From the NCBI RefSeq assembly GCF_009914755.1, contig NC_060947.1: a DNA stretch of 64,000 nucleotides. The stretch is one strand, 5' to 3'. The position numbers were made by a program, and so were the translations under genes. Positions 54,854-64,000 of the stretch are shown here, piece after piece (positions within the stretch are counted from its first letter, which is position 1; each line of letters opens with the position of its first letter). The stretch comes from the human T2T-CHM13v2.0 reference genome, Homo sapiens. The notes beneath the pieces are model-generated. The model made no database searches. It was given only the letters and a program-made list of their open reading frames with translations, and was not told the origin of the DNA.

Positions 54854-57691
54854 TAATATAGTTTAGATATTTGCTCTGCTCAAATCTCATGTTGAAATTT
54901 AATCCCCAGTGTTAGAGATTGAGTCTTGTGGGAGTTGTTTGGATCAAAGGGGCGAATCCTTAATTAATGGTTTGGGCTATCCCCTTGGTGATAAGTGAGC
55001 TCTCTCTCTGAGTTCACACAAAATCTAGTCACTTAAGAGTTTGTGGCACCTCCTCCTCAACTCTCTGTCTTTCACTCTTGCTTTCACCATGTATGATGCC
55101 TGCTCCCCCTTCATTGTCTACCAGGATTGTAAGCTTCTTGAGGCCCCCCTAGAAGCTGAGCTGATGCCAGCACCATGCTTTGTGTAAAGCTTGATGGGCT
55201 GTGACTCAATTAAGCCTCCTTCCTTTGTAAATTATCCAGTCTCAGTTATTTCTTTATAGCGATGTAAGAACAGCCTAACACATACAAAAAGTTGGTAATG
55301 AGGAGTAGGGCATTGCTACAAAGATACCTGAAAATGTGGACACTACTTTGGAACTGGATAAAAAAACAGAGGTTTGAAGAGTTTGGAGGGCTCAGAAGCA
55401 GACAGGAAGATGATGGAAAGTTTGAGACTTATTAAAGACTGATTAAATAGTTATGACTAAAATGCTGATAGAGATACAGACAGTGAAGGACAGGCTTATG
55501 ATGTCTTAGGAGGAAATGAGAAATTTATTGGGAACTGGAGCAAAGGTCAAGCATGTTATGCTTTAGTAAAGAGCTTGGCTGGATTTTTCCCATGGCCTGT
55601 GGACTATGAAAGTTTAAACTTGAAAGCAATGACCTACAGGATCTAGTGGAAGAAATTTCTAAGTGGCAAAGTGTTCAAGATGTGGCCTGGGTGCTTCTAA
55701 CAACCTATGCTCAAATGTGGGAGCAAAGAAAAGACTTAAAATTGGAACTTATATTTAACAGGGAAGCAGAGCATAAAAGTTTGAAAAATTTGCAGCCTAG
55801 TCATGTGCTAAAGAAAAAGCTTTTTCAGGAGAGGAATTGAAGCAGGCTGAGGAGCAACCACTTGATAGAGAAATTTGCATAACTAAAAAGGAGCCAAGTG
55901 TTAATAACTAAGACAATGGGGAAAAAGCCTCTAAGGCATTCAGAAATCTTTCAGGCAGCCCCTCTTATCACAGGCTCTGAAGCCTCGGAGGACTGAATAG
56001 TTTCATGGGCCAGACCCAGGTTCCTGCTACACTGCACAGCCTTGGACACTGCTACTTGCATCCAGGCTGCTCTAGCTCCAGCCATAGCTCAAAGGGACCC
56101 AGATACAGCTCAGGCTGCCACTTTGGAGAATGCAAGCCACAGGCCTTTGTGGTTTCCACATGGTGTTAATCCTGACGGTGCACAGAGGGCTAGAGTGAAT
56201 GAAGCTTGGGAACCTCTGCCTAGATTTCAGGAAATGTATGAGTAATCCTGGGTGCCCATGCAGAAGTCTGCTGCAGGAGTGGAACCCCAGAGAGAACCTC
56301 TACTAGGGGAGTGTAAAGGGAAAATATGAGGTTGAAACATCCACACAGAGTCCTCAATGGGGCCCTGCCTTGTGAAGCTGTGGGAAGGGTGCCAACTGCT
56401 CTTTAGACCCAAGAATTGTAAGTCTTCTGGGAGCTTGTACCCTCAGCATGGAAAAGCTATAGTCAGTCAACTCCAGGCCTTGAAAGCTGCCTCAGGGACT
56501 GAACCCTACAAAGCCATGGGGCAGAGCTGCCCAAGTCCTTGGGAGCCCACTCTTTGCACTAGTGTGCCCTATATGTGGAACATGGAGTCAAAGACAATTA
56601 TTTTGGAACATTAAGGTTTAATGACTGCCCTGCTGAGTTTTGAACTTGCATAGGGCCTGCAGCTTTTCTTTTGGCTTATTTCTTCATTTTGGAACAGGAA
56701 TGCTTACCCGATGCTTGTACTTCCATTGTATCTTGGAAGTAAAGAGCTTGTTTTTGATTTTACAAGCTCATAGGTGGAAGGGACTTGCCTTCTCTCAGAT
56801 GACATTTTGGACTTTGGATTTTTGAGTTAATGCTGGAATTAGTTAAGACATTGGGGGGACTATTTCTCAATAGCTAAGTATACTTTAAAATGTGAGAATG
56901 ACATGAGATTTAGGACGAGCTGGGGTGAAATGATATAGTCTAGATATTCTACCCACCCAAATCTCAAGTTGAAATATAATCCCCAATGTTGGAGGTGGTG
57001 CCTGGTGGGAGGTGTTTGGATCACGGAAGCAGATCCCTCATGAATGGCTTGGGCTATCCCTTTGCTGATAAATGAGCTCTCATTCTGAGTTCACACAAGA
57101 TCTGGTCTGTGGCCTCACATGTGACATTAAAAGTGTGTGGAGGCCTGCACGGTAGCTCATGCCTGTAATCCCAGCACTTTGGGAGGCCGAGGCAAGAGGA
57201 TCACCTGAGGTCAGGAGTTCGAGACCAGCCTGGCCAATGTGGTGAAACCCCATCTCTACTAAAAATGCAAAAATTAGCTGGGCATGGTGGTGGGTGCCTG
57301 TAATCCTAGCTACCTACTCAGGAGGCTGAGGTAGGAGAATTGCTTAAACCCAGGAGATGGAGGTTGCAGTGAGCCAAGATCGCACCACTGCATTCCACCC
57401 TGGGTGACAGAGCGAGATTCCGTCTCAAAAAAAAACAAAAAAAGTGTGTGGCATCTGTTCCTCCCCCTACTCTCTCTCTCTCGCTCCTGCTTTCACCATA
57501 TGTCTTCCTTGCCCCCCACTTCACCTTCCGCCATGATTGTAAGATTCCTGAGGCCTTCCTAGAAGCCAAGCAGATGCCAGCACCATGCTTTCTGTGAAGC
57601 TTGCAGAACTGTGAGCCAACTAAAGCCCCTCTTCTTTATAAATTACCCAGTCTCAGTTATTTTTATAGCATTTCAAGAATGGCCTAACACA
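54854..57691 (+). mobile_element. Full-length MSTA/MSTB MaLR element: 5' LTR 54854-55282, internal 55283-56930, 3' LTR 56931-57691
   Basis: Paired LTRs (t(a/g)atatagt...cctaacaca) flank MaLR internal sequence homologous to the THE1-int at 678-2310. Confidence 0.92.
57142..57443 (+). mobile_element. AluSx-like inside the MST 3' LTR
   Basis: Full Alu dimer; TSD aaaagtgtgtgg at 57129-57140 and 57440-57451. Confidence 0.93.
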
Positions 57692-58544
57692 AATGATATA
57701 ATGTGGCAATTCTCGAAATCAAATTATCCCTATTTCCTTGGCGGTTTTTGGTGTTGCTTAATGTTTGTTTGCTTGTTTAGTGACTTTTCTGAACTATTTC
57801 TATAGTCAGTAGTTTTTCTTGTATGTAGCCACCACAAAAGTATCTATTCTTTTAGTTTAACAGTTGGCTAGTGATTGGACAGATATTTTCTTAACCATAG
57901 TAAGATACTGCTGCATCCCAAATTTTCTTAGCAAAAAATATGGCATATTCCATATTGGGGCTGTGGCATTTAAACACCATTATTTCAGTGTTTGGAAGTT
58001 TTGTCAAATTTTATTAGGGTTAGTTTTGGGTCCTTTCTTAGATCATTTAATTGCTTGTTACATAGTCTGAAGGAAAGCAAACACCACTATGAAATAGGTG
58101 GCCTGGAGATGGTTTCTTTGTCCACCTTTTATAGGAAGTGATACTGTCACCCAACACACATTACACTTCTCCCCATTTGTGTTCTGGCAACCTAAACCCT
58201 AATGTTATCCCCATGCACATATGCACAAATAGAAACACCAAGCCCATTTCTCTTCTTGCCTATGGGTTATAATGTTAAGAATGGAAATTTTTCTTCAGTG
58301 CTCAATCCTCACCTAGTCCTTATCCCCAATGTTTGGCTCATGGTAGGCCTGCAAATATGTCTACCTGTCAGTATATAAACCTACTGGCAGGTCAACCCCC
58401 TCCAATTCTCCTGGACCTCACTTTGCTTCTGTCTCACAAACTTGCCTCTTCCCTTCCTTCTCTCTTTTCCCACAATCAGATAACTTACAGAAATACATAC
58501 ACATGTTCTGAAATAAAGGGTTTTTCATAACATGTTGATTTTGT

Positions 58545-58550
58545 TTTAAT
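58545..58550 (-). terminator. Candidate ATTAAA polyadenylation signal of the basic-protein gene
   Basis: ATTAAA on the minus strand 92 nt after the stop, followed by U/GU-rich sequence (tttatttc...tgtgtatgtattt). Confidence 0.55.
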
Positions 58551-58642
58551 TACCACCATCGCTGTTTCATTATGCTGTTGTATCTTGTAGGAGTGTCATT
58601 TTTTTTTACAGCATCTTGGGCCTGGCCTGAGTGCTTTGGCTC

Positions 58643-58783
58643 CTACTCAATCTTTGCTAGTGGCCGATTCTTGGCTCTTTTCACTCTTTTTACCTTTTGT
58701 GGAATTTCTGTACTAGTACTAGACGATTTTTTTCTTGAACTCCCATGAAGCAGTCGTTTTATCACCCTCTGTATCTTCTTCAC
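58643..58783 (-). CDS. Exon 2 of a TP3/TP4/CXorf51-like basic protein: VKKIQRVIKRLLHGSSRKKSSSTSTEIPQKVKRVKRAKNRPLAKIE*
   Basis: Acceptor ctctattgccctttcag|GTG; phase 0, in frame with exon 1; 141 nt to TAG. Confidence 0.8.
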   Translation of the reverse strand: MKKIQRVIKRLLHGSSRKKSSSTSTEIPQKVKRVKRAKNRPLAKIE

Positions 58784-58970
58784 CTGAAAGGGCAATAGAG
58801 TGATCACAAAAGGACCTTGTGTTCGAGGAAGGAGATAGGCACTGAATGAGAAGAGGAGCTTTGTAAAAAGGGACATGGGCTAATGAGGGGGTTTGTGCCA
58901 GGCAGGTAAAGCGTAGGAGACATAGGGGAGGGTGGATCAAGAGAAAAGAGCTTGAGTGAGGTGGTCTCAC

Positions 58971-59114
58971 CTTGCCCCCTTTTCTGGCCCTGGGTTGACA
59001 GGATTTCTTCATCTTGTTCTTCCCTTTTGTGCTTGAGATTAATTGTTCTGTGCTTGGGTTTGATTGCTCCATAACTTTGCTAGATCCCTTCAACTTTCTG
59101 GTAACTTTAGCCAT
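58971..59114 (-). CDS. Exon 1 of a TP3/TP4/CXorf51-like basic protein: MAKVTRKLKGSSKVMEQSNPSTEQLISSTKGKNKMKKSCQPRARKGGK
   Basis: Strong Kozak (tcaacATGG), 144 nt, donor AAG|gtgaga, 187-nt intron; non-repetitive island. Confidence 0.8.
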
Positions 59115-59139
59115 GTTGAAACCCCACAGTAGTCTTCTC

Positions 59140-59260
59140 TACCAGCATATAAAATGCCCATCATCAGGACAATGAGGAGCCACACCCTTTAGCTTTATTT
59201 GTTCATCTAGGCACTTCCCCTGGCCAGTAGGGGTTAAAGGAGCTGTAGACATCACAAAGC
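59140..59260 (-). promoter_or_regulatory. Putative proximal promoter of the basic-protein gene
   Basis: TATA-like AAATAAA (59194-59200) or TTTTATAT (59147-59154); CRE-like TGATGTCT (59247-59254); motif matches only. Confidence 0.35.
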
Positions 59261-59724
59261 ACTCTTGGCTTCTGCCTAATGGTGGGGATGCTGGGGAGAT
59301 CCATGTGCTCTGGTTGGAGACAGGGGCATATCCTTAACATCCCACTAAAAAGCCTTCCCAAAATGACCTGTAATCCCTTCTCATCACTTGTACAGATGGC
59401 AAGAAAAAAGTGATGCCTCCAAGTCTTTCTCCATAGCCACTCCCATTCCATTTTTATTTTGTTCTCTCCCATCCTTCATCATGACCTAATATTTTGGATA
59501 TCTTACCTAAAATCTCTCCAAGAAAATGTGATTATATTTAAGTTTCTGTGTAGATATAAATCACCTCATTCCCCTTCAAAAGATTTATCTTATGCACCTT
59601 GAAGACAATTTCATTCTTGGCTACTACACAAAACTTCCCATCTCACCTTCTTTTTCCAATGTCTGTATAGACCTCTTCAGTTTTCTAGTTTCAGATTGAC
59701 ATAGCAGCTCTTATCAGTCATGAA

Positions 59725-61220
59725 AATATTGTGATACTGGCATAAGGACAGACATATAGACTAAGAGAATAGAAGTAAGAGGCCAGAAATAATCCCACAT
59801 ATCTATGAAAAATTGATTTCTAACAAGGGTTCAAAGACAAGTCAGTGGAGAAAGAATAGTTATTTCAACAAATGATATTGTGGCAACTGGATATTCACAT
59901 GCAAAATAGTGAATTTGGACCCTAAATCACATCATACACACAAATTAATTTAAACTGGATCAAAGAGCTTAATATAAGACCTAAAACTATAAAATTATTT
60001 GAAGAAAACATAGGCTAAATTCTTCATGACCCTTCATTCAGCAATAGTGTCTTATAGTATAACACCAAAGGCACAAGTAACAAAAGAAAAATTTGATAAG
60101 TTGACATCATCAAAATCAAAACCTTGTGATTCAACAGTTAAAATTAAGAAAGTGATAGACAATGCACAGAATGGGAAAAAAATTTTGCAGATCATACATC
60201 AGTAAGTGAAATTCATGTAAAATATATAATATAAAGAACTCTTACAACTCAATAATAATAATGTTACCCAACTTAAAAAGTGGACAAGGGGTAGGAAAAA
60301 CATATCTCAAATGGCCAATAAGCAGATAACGATATAGTCAGCATCAGTAGCCATCATGAAAATGCAAATCAAAACCACAATGAGATACTGCTTTACATGC
60401 ACTAGGATGGTAATAATAAAAAACGGCAGATAATAAGATTTGGTAAAGTTGTGAAAAACATTAGCCCTCATATCTTGTTTGTGGGAACATAAAGTGGTAC
60501 AGAAGTTTTAAAATATAGTCAGCCAGGTACCCAAAAAAAGCTAAACATAGAATTATCATATGATCCTGAATTCCCACTCCTAGGTATGTACCAAGAAAAA
60601 TGAAAATTATATTCTCACAAAAACTTGTACAGGAATGGTCACAGCAGCATTATTCCTAATGGCCAAAAGGTGGAAACAACCCAAATGCCCATCAACTTGA
60701 AAAATGGATAAATAAAATGTGGTATAGGAATATAACAGAATATTGTTCGGTCATAGAAAAAATGAAATACAGATATATGCTGCAACATGCATAAATGTGA
60801 AAATATTATGCTAAGTGAAAGAAGCCAGTCACAAAGGATTACATATTGTATGTTTCCATGGGTGCAGCACATCAACATGGCACATGCATACATATGTAAC
60901 AAACCTGCATGTGGTGCACATGTACCCTAGAATTTAAAGTATAATTAAAAAGTATATCTATAAAAGAAATATTCACAATAGGCAAATTTATAGACAGAAA
61001 AGAGATTAGTAGTGCCTTAAGGTGACCAAGTAATGAGGAAATTTAGAGGTGACAACAAAGGGATGAAGTGGTGTTGTTTGGAATTATGAAAATATTCTAA
61101 AATTGATTGAAGAGATGGCTGCCTAACTCTGTGCATATATTAAAAGCCATTGAATTGTCCACTTTAAATGATTGAATTGTATAATATGTAAATTATATTT
61201 TAACAAAGCTGTTAAAATTA
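59725..61220 (+). mobile_element. L1MB-type ORF2 end and 3' UTR
   Basis: tgtgatactggcataaggacagacatataga...atgctaagtgaaagaagccagtcacaaa...aacaaagctgtt. Confidence 0.88.
60858..60952 (+). mobile_element. Tiny L1PA 3'-terminal fragment
   Basis: atgggtgcagcacatcaacatggcacatg...gtaacaaacctgca...gtaccctagaatttaaagtataat. Confidence 0.85.
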
Positions 61221-61249
61221 ATATGAATTTTCCTCATGAAAGGAATTCA

Positions 61250-61710
<461 letters not shown>

Positions 61711-62123
61711 ACATGAAAATATGAAGACCCTAAAAATAAATCTGTGGACTCTTGAGAACATGTCTTTTGGACTCAAGTTTGAAAAACACTGCCACTTTAG
61801 TTCATAACGATCACAAATACCAGTGGTAAAGCAGACGCTGAAGTCATGTGTCACAATTCATTTATGAAGTGGTGCCCCAAATAATCCAGAACCCATGTAT
61901 GCATTAAAATGTAAATAGAACATTTTATACTTACCACAGAGAACTCACTGACCCTAACATTCCCCTTAAGAATATATGCACAACAATTGAAATTTTTATA
62001 TACTGCTGGAGGAGGGAGTGTAATGTGTTATAATTACTTTGGACAACTGGTTGAGCCAGTATCTACTAAAGTTAAAAATATCCATGCATTGTTATCAAAT
62101 AATTCCACTCCTAGGGGGAAGAC

Positions 62124-62441
62124 ATATATATATATCATATATATAATATATATTATATTATATATATATCATATATATAATATATATTATATTATATATA
62201 TATCATATATATAATATATATTATATTATATATATATCATATATATAATATATATTATATTATATATATATAATATAATATATTATATATATTATATTAT
62301 TATATATTAAATATATTATTATATATAACATGTTATATATGTTATATAATAACATATATATTATTATAATAATATATTATATATTATATATGTCTTATAT
62401 ATTATATATTATATTATATATTATATATGTCTTATATATAT
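62124..62441. repeat. AT-rich tandem/low-complexity array including a 34-bp unit repeated about 4 times
   Basis: Unit catatatataatatatattatattatatatatat; its C recurs at 62136, 62170, 62204 and 62238. Confidence 0.92.
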
Positions 62442-63029
62442 CAGAATAATAGATACATATTAACCTGAAAATGTATGAAGACAAAAGTATAAAAGTGCAT
62501 AAATCATAAGTCAACACTCGTATGTAACCATGACCCTGGTTGACACTGCCAGCATCCCAGAAACCACCCTCACACCCTCAGATGTCTCCAAATCACTACT
62601 TCTCCTTCCTCCCCCAAAAAAACCAATCTTAACTTCTACAACATAGAGTAGTTGTGCTTTCTTTTAAACTTTATATATATGGAATTGTACAGCATATATA
62701 TTTTTTATGCTTGGCTTCCTTTGTGCAATACAATGTCTATGAGGTTGATTGATACTGTGTGTATACTGGAGTTCAGTTTTGTCATTGCTGAATAGAATTA
62801 ATTTTCATGTGACTGTATATGCATTTATTTATTCTACTATTGATGAACATTGAGTTTGTTTTCAAACGTCATGCAAAAACAAAATTGAAAAAAAGACATG
62901 TGCTGATAAAAGACCATAAAAATACTTCATTGCCAACAAATCAGCACTACAAAAACTACTTTTGAAAAAGTTCTCATCATTAATCATTAGAAAAATGCTT
63001 AAATCAAAACCACAATAAGATATCACCTC

Positions 63030-63779
63030 AATTAAGTGGATTAAATTATCTAATCAAAAGATAGAGTGTTTAAATGGACCCCCCAAAAAAAAAGAGCCAA
63101 TTATATGCTCCCTGCAAGAGACCCACTCTACCTCAAGGACACATATAGGTGAAGGAATGGACAAAGGTATTCCATGCAAATGGTAACCAAAATAGAGCAT
63201 AGGTGGCTATACTTATGTCCAATAAAATATACTTCAAGTCAAAAACTGTCACAAGTGACAGATAAAATCATTATTTAATGATAAAGGGCTCAATTCATCA
63301 AGAGGACATAATAATTATAAATACATATGCACAGAACATTGGAGCACCAGCACCTAAATATATAAAGCAAATATTAATGAACATTAATTAATAGATAACA
63401 ATACAATAATAGTAGGGGATTTTGGTACCCAACTTTCAACAATGGACAGAAAAACTAGACAAAAAATTAATAAGAAAATACTGGAATTGAACTGCACTTT
63501 AGACAAAATAAACCTAACAGATATATACAGAACTTTCCATCCAATGGCAGCAGAATACACCTTCTTCTCTAGTCCACATGGATCATTCTTCAGGATAGAA
63601 CACATGTGAGGCCACAAAATAAGTCTTAACAAATTTAAGATCAAATTCATCAAGTATTGTTTCCAACCATAATGGTATGAAACTAGCAATCAATAACATA
63701 AAATTTTAGAAATTTGACAAATATGTATAAACAGTATGCTCCTGAACAGCCAATGAGTCAAAGAAGAAATCAAAAGGGA
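63030..63779 (+). mobile_element. L1MA-type ORF2 endonuclease region
   Basis: attccatgcaaatggtaaccaaa...ggcagcagaatacaccttcttctc...gtcaaagaagaaatcaaaaggga. Confidence 0.88.
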
Positions 63780-64000
63780 GTGTGTAGAAGTGTCAGAGTA
63801 CAGCTCCCTCTCCCTCTCCCTCTCCCTCTCCCTCTCCCCTCTCCCCTCTCCCCTCTGCCTCTCCCTCTCCCTCTCCCCACAGTCTCCCTCTCCCTCTCTT
63901 TCCACGGTCTCCCTCTCATGCTGAGCCGAAGCTGGACTGTACTGCTGCCATCTCGGCTCACTGCAACCTCCCTGCCTGATTCTCCTGACTCAGCCTGCCA
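63780..64000 (+). mobile_element. SVA (C/D-like) 5' end: 24-nt extra leader, (CCCTCT)n hexamers, Alu-like region; runs off the window
   Basis: ctccctctccc...ccacggtctccctctcatgctgagccgaagctggactgtactgctgccatctcggctcactgcaacctccctgcctgattctcc. Confidence 0.95.

Noticed and set aside
58719-59114. Unspliced 131-aa ORF from the track
   Set aside because: It reads through the intron and enters exon 2 out of frame; the spliced 94-aa model fits the splice signals and composition better.

Overview
Repeat-dense, AT-rich mammalian genomic DNA from a hominoid (Alu, L1PA, THE1/MST elements and the 5' end of an SVA at the right edge). Most of the window is layered transposable-element debris: L1, Alu, MIR, L2, MaLR/ERVL/ERV1 LTRs, DNA transposons, two full-length MaLR proviruses and an ERV-L 3' end with a decayed dUTPase. 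Nearly all ORFs in the supplied track are spurious. The main exception is a compact two-exon minus-strand gene at about 58.5-59.2 kb, which the ORF track splits into two wrong ORFs. Splicing a 187-nt GT-AG intron gives a 94-aa, 32% Lys+Arg protein (MAKVTRK...QPRARKGGK/VKKIQRVIKRLLHGSSRKK...) resembling spermatid transition protein TP3/TP4 and CXorf51-type proteins. Other points of note are an L1PA with a 3' transduction, an SVA with a short 5' extra sequence, and three or four local templated insertions, where a piece of a nearby repeat was copied into another repeat. Repeat subfamily names and protein similarities come from recalled consensus sequences, not from database searches.
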